From positions 128,001 through 192,000 of the forward strand of contig OZ240248.1 of assembly GCA_965198235.1 (NCBI GenBank): 64,000 nt of DNA, in the 5' to 3' direction. Of the stretch, positions 40,661 through 49,938 are shown in pieces; the first letter of the stretch is position 1; each line of letters starts with the position of its first letter. This stretch comes from Candidatus Poribacteria bacterium. GTDB lineage: Bacteria; Poribacteria; WGA-4E; WGA-3G. The notes below the pieces were generated by a model. It was not told where the DNA came from, ran no database searches, and saw only the letters and a list, made by a program, of their open reading frames with translations. A program made the position numbers and the translations under genes.

Positions 40661-42946
40661 CTGAAACAGATATTAATCCTTCTAATTCTCATACTACCGC
40701 TTAGTGCCTTCGGACAGACTGATGAGGGTGATGCCACTGAATCAGACGCCGCAAAGGATGAAGCATCACAACCTGTTATCACGTTAGAAGAGGTAAGGGT
40801 TGAAACAGAGCGATTGGAAACAAGACTACAACGGACGCTGAGCGGAGACTTGCTCAGGCGAGCTACAGGCAGTGCTGGTGATCCAATTCGCGGAATATCC
40901 CGACTTCCAAGCGTCGGTACAGTTAACGATTTCTTTGGTGCACTTTCTGTGAGGGGCGGCGCGCCGGGGGATAATCTTTACTACTTCGATCGATTGCCGT
41001 TAGGATACCCTTATCATCTGCTCGGTATTGTCTCAGTGGTGAGTTCCGAGGTCACTGGAAAAATTGATGTGCATCCGGGTGGATTTGGTGCTGAGTTTGG
41101 CACCGACTCACAGGCGGTGATTGATATCCATTCCCGCCCACAAAAGCTGGAGTCTTTAGGGTGGTTAGATGGAATGCTAAAACCGAGTTTTATCTATTCC
41201 GAAGGCTTTCTCAGTGGTGCTTTATCCTTTCGAGAGAGACCCACACCCAATGTTCCAAACGAAACGGATAAAAAACCGTCCATTTTCCATCTTTTCAAGG
41301 ATACACTCCTCGGCGATGTTCAGATATTCGGCAGAGATGCGAACGAAACAGGTGAAAAACCGGCGAGTACCGACCAGGAACTCATAGAAAACAGAGCGTT
41401 ACCCGGGCAAGGCTATTGGTACGCTTTCGGCAGACGCAGCTATCTGGAGCCACTTTTTGAATTGGCTTCGAGGTTAGTGGAGATTGAAGATTTGGTGCAA
41501 CAGGTGCCAAGTTTTTGGAGTTATCAGTTAAAGGGCGTTTATAAACTCAATAATGCTCATGGAATAGTGCTCAACGCTGTCACGGCGTATGACGCATCTA
41601 AATTGCAATTGGGATCAAATGAAGTCCATGACAGCGATCTCCACGGTCCCTTAAGCTCGGAAAACCCGTTTGATGTCCAAGGGATCCACTTTTACTCTCG
41701 GTTATTGCCGCGATTCAGATCTGTTCTGTCACTCACCCGTTCGTTTACAGAAAATGAAATCGCTTTTGGTGAAAGGTACTACTACCGAACGGCAGCCTCT
41801 GTCTACGCACTCCGAAATGACTTCACTTATACCACATCCTCGGAGAATACCGATGAAACTGTAGAATTCGGCTACCTACTTTCAAGTACCCCTTCAACCG
41901 TTACGAGTCATGGGGCGCGCCGAGTTGAAGAGGGAGACCCTGATTATGAATTCCGAATCCGGCACAAACTGAAAAAAGTCAATGTCACTGAGACCCGAAA
42001 CATCCATCGCTTAGAGGGGTATCTTCAAGCTCGGCAGCCCCTATTCACTTCTAACGTCTTGGGCACTTTTGGAATGCGAGCGAGTTACTTTGATCTCACG
42101 GATAACCTATCGCTTCAGCCACGTGCACAACTCCGTTTTAGTCTGCCATGGGAAGCATTTCTATACTTCAGTTATGGACATTATACGCAAAATCCACGAT
42201 TAGATCAGTTTGTGCTGGGTGTAACACCCAACGCGTCTCTTGGACAGAGTCTTGCAACGCATTACGTTCTTGAGTTGAGACAAAGGCTGCGCTTCGGTGC
42301 GAAAGTGAATATCGCGGGCTATTACAAAAAACTGCAAGATCTCATCATCTACAATAAAGATGAGAAGCAGTATCAAAACAGTCAGGCAGGATTCGTGCGT
42401 GGGTTTGAAGTTTCTTTTGAACACAAAATTTCCGACACCTTTGATGGATGGGTGGCGTATGCTTATACTGTTTCCAAACGCCGCGATTTTCCTGAAGAAT
42501 TCCACCGGTTTTACACTTACAATAGTCCGCATGTTCTGACCCTCGCAACGAATTACAGCGCGCCTCAGGCACTAATCCTCTCTGTCCCGCTCATCAAATC
42601 GTTGGATATAAGCGCAAAGTGGCAATATCAGAGCGGTGTACTCTATGCCCCTTTAGCAGGTCGTACCCCCTTTACGAACTTTCGGACGAAGGAAAAAAAG
42701 TGGCGACCAATTTACGGAGAATGGAAGCGCACCGCACCATATCACCGGTTAGACCTAAGCCTCCACTTTCAACTGTTCGGTGATTTAGAGAATGAAGGTT
42801 GGGAATTTGGGTTGGCACTTGAGGTATGGAACCTTTATAACCGCAACAATATACTTGAAGTTCGCTACAGTCGGAATTTTACAAAAGAGGAACCTGTTTC
42901 GCAATTGCCGATTATTCCATTTGTGGCGATGACTTTGGAATTCTGA
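40661..42946 (+). CDS. TonB-dependent receptor (paralog), probable CTG start
   Basis: LSVRGGAPGDNLYYFD plug, PYHRLDL, C-terminal Phe; signal peptide begins at CTG 40661. Confidence 0.85.
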   Translation: MKQILILLILILPLSAFGQTDEGDATESDAAKDEASQPVITLEEVRVETERLETRLQRTLSGDLLRRATGSAGDPIRGISRLPSVGTVNDFFGALSVRGGAPGDNLYYFDRLPLGYPYHLLGIVSVVSSEVTGKIDVHPGGFGAEFGTDSQAVIDIHSRPQKLESLGWLDGMLKPSFIYSEGFLSGALSFRERPTPNVPNETDKKPSIFHLFKDTLLGDVQIFGRDANETGEKPASTDQELIENRALPGQGYWYAFGRRSYLEPLFELASRLVEIEDLVQQVPSFWSYQLKGVYKLNNAHGIVLNAVTAYDASKLQLGSNEVHDSDLHGPLSSENPFDVQGIHFYSRLLPRFRSVLSLTRSFTENEIAFGERYYYRTAASVYALRNDFTYTTSSENTDETVEFGYLLSSTPSTVTSHGARRVEEGDPDYEFRIRHKLKKVNVTETRNIHRLEGYLQARQPLFTSNVLGTFGMRASYFDLTDNLSLQPRAQLRFSLPWEAFLYFSYGHYTQNPRLDQFVLGVTPNASLGQSLATHYVLELRQRLRFGAKVNIAGYYKKLQDLIIYNKDEKQYQNSQAGFVRGFEVSFEHKISDTFDGWVAYAYTVSKRRDFPEEFHRFYTYNSPHVLTLATNYSAPQALILSVPLIKSLDISAKWQYQSGVLYAPLAGRTPFTNFRTKEKKWRPIYGEWKRTAPYHRLDLSLHFQLFGDLENEGWEFGLALEVWNLYNRNNILEVRYSRNFTKEEPVSQLPIIPFVAMTLEF

Positions 42947-43033
42947 TGAACCCGCCCAATTGAAATTTATATAGTCCAATTTGCCTCTTTTTTCGTCTTT
43001 ATATTAATCACATCTCTTTTTTGGAAGGAGGCA

Positions 43034-45298
43034 ATGTTCTTGGACAACTATCTATTTTCTGCACTGAAATTCCGAAGGATCGTAATTCCCTTATTCCTCA
43101 TTGTGCTTTGGCACGTCGTTGTCACCAACGTACATCCCGAATCGCACGATCACCAGATTAAGGCATATCGTACCTACCAAAGTATTGAGATTGACGGTGA
43201 TTTAACGGAAGAGGATTGGAAACACGCCGAGCCAATTGACGAGTTTGTGCAGATTGAACCGTATGAAGGCGAAATCAGTTCCGAATCAATGGAGGTTCGG
43301 GTTCTCTACGATAATGAGAATATCTACTTCGGCTTTACCTGTTTCGATTCGGATATATCGAAATTGGTCGCCAATGAGATGCGCCGAGATTCTCGTGACC
43401 TGCACGACAACGACACCGTGTTCCTGATATTGGATACGTATAACGACCAGCGGAGTGGCTTCTTCTTCCGCATAAACGCCCTCGGTGCGATACAGGACAG
43501 AGCCGTAACCAACAGCGGCGACACGCTCAACAGGGATTGGGATGCCGTTGTGAAATGTAAATCGAAAATCAACGACACTTATTGGACTTCCGAACTTAGT
43601 ATTCCATTTACTCAACTTCGTTTCAAGCAGAGCGATCAGATAGTATGGGGTATGAACACCGGTCGCGAACTCGCCCGAAATCAAGAAGAGATGATATGGG
43701 TCCCTGTTCCAGCGTCCTATGGCGGCATGGCAAAGTACCGAACTGCTAACCTTGGAAGACTTGTCGGGCTCTCAGGCATTGCCCCCTCTCGAAACTTAGA
43801 GATACTTCCGTACATCCTTCCCGGCGTGACCCAAATTAACGGAAATGATGCAGGGCTTGAAACCGAAGGCAAGTTCAAGATAGGTATTGATGCCAAATAC
43901 GGCATTACGTCTAATCTGACAGCAGATGTCACTTGGAACACTGACTTCGCACAGGTTGAAGCCGATGAAGAACAGGTGAACCTGACCCGATTTAGCCTCT
44001 TTTTTCCTGAAAAGCGTCCCTTCTTTTTGGAAGGTGCCGGACTTTTCGATTTTGGAGTGCCGCGGACCAGTTACCGCCGACCACCCCCGATGCTCCTTTT
44101 CTATAGCCGCCGCATTGGACTTGCCCAGGGCAACGCAATTCCGATTATTTTCGGTGGAAAAACGAGTGGCAAGGTGGGGTCTTACGGTGTAGGGTTCCTC
44201 AACGTCCTGACAGACGAATTCTACGATGCTGATACGGAAGATGATCCCCTTGACATCCCGCACACCAATTATTCTGTAATGCGTATTACAAAGGACGTTG
44301 CCTCAGGGTCCCGTATCGGCATAATTGCTGTCAATAAAGATGAAATTGACGACTACAATCGCGCAGGTGGTTTTGACTTTGAATACCGTCCGAATGACAG
44401 TGTAGATGTACGGGGGCTGTGGTCTCGCACGTTTGAACCGGGGGCATCTGGACAAAATAATGCCTGGTATCTCGGTTCCAACTGGCGGAGCAAGCATTTC
44501 CGTGTAGAGGGTTCGTATACCGATATTGATGAGGATTTCAACCCCGCTGTCGGATATGTCAGACGTACTGGCATCCGACACTTCCGCGGTGAAATGCGGT
44601 GGGTCCCCATGCCCCAAAGATTTGGAATCCAAGAAATTTGGACCGGCCCAGAGGTTAACTATATTCTCAACCACGACAACGAATTGGAAGAATGGGACAT
44701 TTCTTACACCAACTGGTTTCAATTTTCTACCGGAGATTATATCCTTTTCAACGGGAGACGCAGCTTTGAACGTCTGAACGATGTTTTCAACTTCAGGGAC
44801 GGCGTAGAGATTCCGATAGACGACTACTCGTCTAACTCATATCGTGTACGTCTCTCCAGTAACGATAGTCGTCCGATCAGTACAACCATCGGCGGCGGTA
44901 TTGAAGATTTCTACAAAGGCGAAGTTCGTAGAGCATATATACAAACCACTCTTAAGCCGAATGGGCATATAAGCCTGAGCGCACAATATCAGTTTAATCA
45001 GGTAGTGGATCTACCGGAAGTGTATTTCACCGATGGGCAACCGCGTCCTGTTTACGTTAATCTTTTCAGAGGCAGACTTGACTATTCCTTCACTACGGGA
45101 CTCTTTGCAAAACTGTTTGCACAGTGGAATGCCGATACGAACGTTGTGTCTACCAACTTCCTTATCAACTATATTTATCGTCCGGGAAGCGATTTCTACT
45201 TCGTTTTCAATCAAACGTATGATACCAACGGCACCACGCGATCTCGTCTATTGGATTCAACCGTGGTTGCGAAGATGACCTATTGGTGGAATCCGTAA
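43034..45298 (+). CDS. CBM9-like / DUF5916 outer-membrane protein
   Basis: IEIDGDLTEEDW, NTDFAQVEAD, NLTRFSLFFPEKRPFFLEG, FYSRRIG. Confidence 0.88.
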   Translation: MFLDNYLFSALKFRRIVIPLFLIVLWHVVVTNVHPESHDHQIKAYRTYQSIEIDGDLTEEDWKHAEPIDEFVQIEPYEGEISSESMEVRVLYDNENIYFGFTCFDSDISKLVANEMRRDSRDLHDNDTVFLILDTYNDQRSGFFFRINALGAIQDRAVTNSGDTLNRDWDAVVKCKSKINDTYWTSELSIPFTQLRFKQSDQIVWGMNTGRELARNQEEMIWVPVPASYGGMAKYRTANLGRLVGLSGIAPSRNLEILPYILPGVTQINGNDAGLETEGKFKIGIDAKYGITSNLTADVTWNTDFAQVEADEEQVNLTRFSLFFPEKRPFFLEGAGLFDFGVPRTSYRRPPPMLLFYSRRIGLAQGNAIPIIFGGKTSGKVGSYGVGFLNVLTDEFYDADTEDDPLDIPHTNYSVMRITKDVASGSRIGIIAVNKDEIDDYNRAGGFDFEYRPNDSVDVRGLWSRTFEPGASGQNNAWYLGSNWRSKHFRVEGSYTDIDEDFNPAVGYVRRTGIRHFRGEMRWVPMPQRFGIQEIWTGPEVNYILNHDNELEEWDISYTNWFQFSTGDYILFNGRRSFERLNDVFNFRDGVEIPIDDYSSNSYRVRLSSNDSRPISTTIGGGIEDFYKGEVRRAYIQTTLKPNGHISLSAQYQFNQVVDLPEVYFTDGQPRPVYVNLFRGRLDYSFTTGLFAKLFAQWNADTNVVSTNFLINYIYRPGSDFYFVFNQTYDTNGTTRSRLLDSTVVAKMTYWWNP

Positions 45299-45428
45299 TG
45301 TAAGAAATGAACCGCTTTGATAGAACCATCCAGTGCTTCCTGAATTGCGATCTTCCGTTGACAGGCTCTTTACTGTCAGTAGGAGGGAATTCCGATTCCC
45401 GACGCTTTTACCGCTTTAATGCTAAAAA

Positions 45429-45457
45429 TTGACACAAAACTGAAAGTGTGTTATAAT
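45429..45457 (+). promoter_or_regulatory. Consensus sigma70 promoter, probably native to tonB
   Basis: TTGACA-N17-TATAAT with extended TG. Confidence 0.75.
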
Positions 45458-45605
45458 TAGAGTATGTTTATGCCAAAATAGGAACTCGTGAACCGCGAAT
45501 AATCATTGGGTATTTTTGTAAAACCCACTTTAGTCGACCTCATAACATAGGAAACACGAGCGAGCAGTGTGCTGAGACCGAGACTATCCCTCTTTTCTTT
45601 TTAAG

Positions 45606-46697
45606 TAGGACTTACGCAATAATGTTTGACATAGACTCCCGAAACCTGTAACATGGTGTGCCAGGAGGTATCTAAAAATGGTTAGACCGACACGTCTGGA
45701 TTACTGTCAATATCTACTCAGCACGCCCCTCAACTATACACTCACTCATTTCGCGGACCACTCTGATCGATTTAGTCATGATCAGATAAACCGGTATCTC
45801 GCCAATGACCGTCTCCGACCGCGTCAAGTCTGGGAACATGTCAAATCGCACTTGGAGCAGACGCCCGATGGCTACATCATCTTTGACGACACGGTGTTGG
45901 ATAAACGGTATGCGAAACAGATGGGTCTGGCGAAAAGGCAATATTCTGGCAATGCCGGGGGTCTCATAAATGGTATAGGCATTGTGACGTGTGTCTACGT
46001 CAATCCTGCGTTAGACCGATATTGGTTGATAGATTATCGCATCTACGATAAACAAGGCGACGGTAAATCGAAGTTGGATCATGTCCGAGATATGCTCTCG
46101 GTGTTGGTAGACTCTCGCGATGTTGCTTTTTCGACAGTGTTGATGGATTCGTGGTATGCCAGCAAATCGCTACTGCTTTACATTGAGAGTCTGGACAAGA
46201 CGTATTATTGTCCATTGAAATCGAATCGTCTCGTTGATGATTCTCAGGGTAGCAAACCTTACCAACGCATTGACACTCTCCAGTGGACGCCCGCTGAACA
46301 GACCTCTGGCAAACGCGTCAAACTCAACAAGTTTCCGAAAAATCACAAGGTGAAAGTTTTCCGGGTAGCGTCTTCAAGACGCACGGATTATGTTGTGACC
46401 AACGACTTGAGTCAATCCGATGTGTCCGTCGTCCGACAGGTGTGCGACGTCCGCTGGAAGATTGAACAATTTCATCGGGAAACCAAACAGTTGACAGGAC
46501 TTGAAAAATGCCAATGTCGTCTCCCGCGTATTGTTCGCAATCACATCAGTGCTGCGTTTTTGGTGTGGATTCACCTGATGCGTAAAGCACATGAAACCCG
46601 TCAAACCCTTTACCAAGTCAAGCATGGATTACTCTCTGAGTATTTATGTCAACAACTGAAATCACCGACTCTAAAAATACAGACTGCGTAAGTCCTA
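45606..46697 (+). mobile_element. Complete IS701-family insertion sequence
   Basis: 13-bp terminal inverted repeats TAGGACTTACGCA/TGCGTAAGTCCTA; TTAAG duplicated at 45601-45605 and 46698-46702. Confidence 0.9.
45678..46691 (+). CDS. IS701-family DDE transposase
   Basis: IIFDDTVLDK, QYSGNA, VLMDSWY, RWKIEQFHRETKQ. Confidence 0.92.
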   Translation: MVRPTRLDYCQYLLSTPLNYTLTHFADHSDRFSHDQINRYLANDRLRPRQVWEHVKSHLEQTPDGYIIFDDTVLDKRYAKQMGLAKRQYSGNAGGLINGIGIVTCVYVNPALDRYWLIDYRIYDKQGDGKSKLDHVRDMLSVLVDSRDVAFSTVLMDSWYASKSLLLYIESLDKTYYCPLKSNRLVDDSQGSKPYQRIDTLQWTPAEQTSGKRVKLNKFPKNHKVKVFRVASSRRTDYVVTNDLSQSDVSVVRQVCDVRWKIEQFHRETKQLTGLEKCQCRLPRIVRNHISAAFLVWIHLMRKAHETRQTLYQVKHGLLSEYLCQQLKSPTLKIQTA

Positions 46698-46714
46698 TTA
46701 AGGAGGAAAAACAG

Positions 46715-47668
46715 ATGAATAGCAGAACTTCCGGCATCCTCAGTCAGATGCAGCAGCGCCGAGCAGAGCGTAAAAAACCGAAGCGTTTTGTCGCATTAAA
46801 AAAAGTTTCGCTTGATGCCAGCCAGCAGCACGGCATTTCTACGGCACAAACGAACATGCCGAAGCATCCTGTCACACAAATGCACGTCGGACGGAGTTCC
46901 GCCGCGTTTGGAGTCGCAATGGTGTTTCATGTCCTTATAGCGATTATCATTGGTGTCTTCTATATCGCCGATCGGATTGAATTTGAAAAAGAGACGTTTG
47001 ATATTAGTATCGTCACAGAAGATGCAAAAACCAAACGCCGGTTCATACGTAGGGAAGTACCGAAGTTTAATGAAGCAAAACAGGACCAGCAGAAAGTTCT
47101 TGTCCAACCACCCGTGACGACTGTCACTGACCAACCGCTATCGAATGACGCATTTGCAATCCCTCAGGGTCCCGAGACTACAGGGGATCTCACAACACCC
47201 GGCACCAATGAGGGACCCAGACTTATAGATGTCAATCGCGATTTTGTACAGCCCACAACGACGGTGGAACCCAATACAAAGGCACCGGCATTTGAGATAC
47301 AGCGGGACGCACCAACACTGATTGACAAACTCGACACTCCTGCTCCCGATAACGCACCTGGATTGGATGGTGTTAATTTTGAGAGTGCGCCCGGAGTCGT
47401 TAGACCCGAATACAAATTCAAGGTGGAACCCAAGTATCCAGAGGTTGCCTCGAAGGCAGGCAAGGAAGGGCAGGTCCTCTTACAGGCAACCATTGATGAG
47501 AACGGCATTCCGCAGGACATTGTAGCGATTACAGATATTGGGTTTGGGTTTGAGGAAGCAGCGATTGCGGCGTTGAAGAAAACCACTTTTCGTCCTGCCA
47601 CAAAAGGCGGTAACCCGATCAGCCTTCAGGTTGAAGTACCCTATTCTTTTTTGCTTAAAGACAAGTAG
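46715..47668 (+). CDS. tonB: Energy transducer TonB family protein
   Basis: TM with His (VFHVL), Pro/Thr-rich linker, PKYPEVASKAGKEGQV...FRPA C-terminal domain; AGGAGG RBS. Confidence 0.85.
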   Translation: MNSRTSGILSQMQQRRAERKKPKRFVALKKVSLDASQQHGISTAQTNMPKHPVTQMHVGRSSAAFGVAMVFHVLIAIIIGVFYIADRIEFEKETFDISIVTEDAKTKRRFIRREVPKFNEAKQDQQKVLVQPPVTTVTDQPLSNDAFAIPQGPETTGDLTTPGTNEGPRLIDVNRDFVQPTTTVEPNTKAPAFEIQRDAPTLIDKLDTPAPDNAPGLDGVNFESAPGVVRPEYKFKVEPKYPEVASKAGKEGQVLLQATIDENGIPQDIVAITDIGFGFEEAAIAALKKTTFRPATKGGNPISLQVEVPYSFLLKDK

Positions 47669-47802
47669 TGGACTGTCCATCTTAAAAGTGTAGGGGCAGC
47701 CTTTGTGGATGCCCTGGCGCAATACTCTACATCAAAAAATCCGTATCGCGTGACCGAGAACCTGCGCGGAACGAAGTGGAGCGCAGCCCAGAAGCCCATA
47801 AA

Positions 47803-48567
47803 TTAAAAACCGATTTTTAGCAAGCCTTTTGCTGCGAAGTTCCGAACCAGGTTCACAACCGAATGGCGTGCTGTGTCGGCTATTTGTGTCTGTTCAAACG
47901 TTAGTTGAGCAGTTTCTGCTTCAATGGCTTCTGCCTGTGATGCTGACATATTCTCAAAAAATCGGTCATGTATGGCAGTCGGTGCGTTGAGTAGGGCAAG
48001 GGCTAAGGTCGGTTTGTCCAGCACTTGTAAAATAGTTCTGATTGCTTCATTCCCCAAGTTCCCCAAGTCCTCAAACGTAAACAACCGTTCAGAGACGCTA
48101 TCCACTACCTCAGGCTGCTTTTCACCTAACGCTTCCAGCAACTCATTCTGTTCTGTTATATCCAGATATGATAACAATTTTGCAAGGTTCGCTGTGCCTT
48201 CACCTAAGAAGGTGGTTTTTTGGATTGCTTCCTTAATCCGAGCGATCTGTTCATTCCAAATGTGCATCGCGTGTTCGGAGTCAATCGTCTCTGTCGCCGT
48301 CACCTTCTCAGCGATACTAACCTGTTTGTCAAAAGGTAGTTGCGCAAAAAGTTTTCCCGCATGCGTGGCGAGAGCATTTCCCGTGGATTCACTTTTCAAG
48401 TGTGTACACATAACTAAAAACACCGCCGCATCGTTATCGTCGACACCTTGGAATGCTGCCAACGCCACTTGTGGGTGTGTTTCGTCAAGCAAGTCCGTCA
48501 GTTCTTGGAGAGCCGCTTCATCTAAAAAGGTAGGTGTGGTCTGCGAATCTGTGTTAGGAAGGGACAC
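47803..48567 (-). CDS. FliG middle/C-terminal domain protein
   Basis: LFTFEDL..L...AIRTIL..LD...LALAL......HDRFFENMS; overlaps the purM stop. Confidence 0.7.
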   Translation of the reverse strand: MSLPNTDSQTTPTFLDEAALQELTDLLDETHPQVALAAFQGVDDNDAAVFLVMCTHLKSESTGNALATHAGKLFAQLPFDKQVSIAEKVTATETIDSEHAMHIWNEQIARIKEAIQKTTFLGEGTANLAKLLSYLDITEQNELLEALGEKQPEVVDSVSERLFTFEDLGNLGNEAIRTILQVLDKPTLALALLNAPTAIHDRFFENMSASQAEAIEAETAQLTFEQTQIADTARHSVVNLVRNFAAKGLLKIGF

Positions 48568-49594
48568 CTTGGACCCCCTTTTCTCCCGCGATTACTTCAC
48601 CAATTCGGTAAGTGGATTCCCCAGATGCTTTAAGAAACGCAAGGGCAGCATCAACGACATCAGGCGCGACTATCGCTACCATCCCAATTCCCATATTGAA
48701 AACTCTGTACATTTCTGCCGCTTCAACGTCCCCTTTCGCCTGTAAAAACGAGAAAATAGGCAGAATCTCCCATGTGCCGTTCCGAATATAGGCAGTACAC
48801 CCATCTGGAAGGATCCGCGCCACATTTGCTGGTAGACCGCCTCCGGTGATATGGGCAAGACCTTTAATGTCGCATACTTTACGAAGGGACAGAATAGAAT
48901 TCACGTAACTCCTGTGGCAGGCAAGCAGTGCTTCCCCGACTGTTGCAGAGAGTTCAGGAAGATAGGTGTCTACACTGTAATCGCACCTGTCGAACAGAAT
49001 ACGCCGCGCCAATGTAAAACCGTTCGTATGTAAACCTACCGACCCTAAACCGATGAGTTGATCTCCCGGCGTAATTCTCTCTCCGGTAATCACGTCGGCT
49101 TTTTCAACAGCACCCACAATAGTCCCCACCAGGTCATACTCACCCGGTGTATAAATATCTGACAACTCTGCGATTTCACCGCCGATTAATGCACAACCGA
49201 TCTCTTTGCATCCTGACGTTAGACCCGTCACGATCTCTTCAATCACCACTGGCGATACCTTACTAATGCCAATGTAATCTAAAAAGAAGAGAGGTTCCGC
49301 TCCCTGCACGACGATATCGTTGCCGCAATGTGCGACAATATCGAAACCGACCGTGTCGTGTCGTCCTACTTTAAACGCGACCTTTAGTTTTGTGCCAACA
49401 CTGTCTGTACTGGAAACGAGAACCGGTTCTTGATACGTTTTGAGTGCAAAAAGCCCGCCGAAACTGCCGACATCGCTGAGCACTTCAGATCGGTAGGTGG
49501 TTTGAACAAGGCGTTTAAGCCGTCCTATCGCCTCGGATTCTGCTTCAAATGAAACGCCAGCATCGGCGTACGTCATAGGCTTTTTATCAGCCAT
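48554..49594 (-). CDS. purM: Phosphoribosylformylglycinamidine cyclo-ligase
   Basis: TYADAGV, STDSVGTK, GAEPLFFLDY, GLHTNGF, AHITGGG, FNMGIGM. Confidence 0.97.
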   Translation of the reverse strand: MADKKPMTYADAGVSFEAESEAIGRLKRLVQTTYRSEVLSDVGSFGGLFALKTYQEPVLVSSTDSVGTKLKVAFKVGRHDTVGFDIVAHCGNDIVVQGAEPLFFLDYIGISKVSPVVIEEIVTGLTSGCKEIGCALIGGEIAELSDIYTPGEYDLVGTIVGAVEKADVITGERITPGDQLIGLGSVGLHTNGFTLARRILFDRCDYSVDTYLPELSATVGEALLACHRSYVNSILSLRKVCDIKGLAHITGGGLPANVARILPDGCTAYIRNGTWEILPIFSFLQAKGDVEAAEMYRVFNMGIGMVAIVAPDVVDAALAFLKASGESTYRIGEVIAGEKGVQGVPS

Positions 49595-49925
49595 CTGATT
49601 TCTCTTGTTCCTTTAATAATTGTTTACGAAGCGGTGAAGTGCCTCTCTTCGGTCTTAAGAGACTAACGACTAACACAATACCACTGATGCCTAAGGCTAT
49701 GAGAACACCAATCTCTTCTGCCTCGTCTGCTTTCATATCCGGCTGTAACTTCCCAATCAAGAACGGAAGAATTCTGCTCAAAACCATACCAAGGATGGCA
49801 CAACCGAGCAGAGAGATGAGCGTATATCGTCCTTGCGCTGTACCTATCGGACTCGGTTTTTTCTGTTTGCCACGTTGTCTATACTGCATAAAAATTTCCC
49901 TTGTGAGGCGCACTTCCAAGTCCAT
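49587..49925 (-). CDS. Hypothetical two-TM membrane protein
   Basis: Two hydrophobic helices; lies between purF and purM and overlaps purM; start uncertain. Confidence 0.6.
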   Translation of the reverse strand: MDLEVRLTREIFMQYRQRGKQKKPSPIGTAQGRYTLISLLGCAILGMVLSRILPFLIGKLQPDMKADEAEEIGVLIALGISGIVLVVSLLRPKRGTSPLRKQLLKEQEKSDG

Positions 49926-49938
49926 GTTAAGACCGGGT

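Noticed and set aside
47924-48745. 273-aa plus-strand ORF
   Set aside because: Antisense to the FliG-like gene and purM; Ser/Cys-rich shadow composition.
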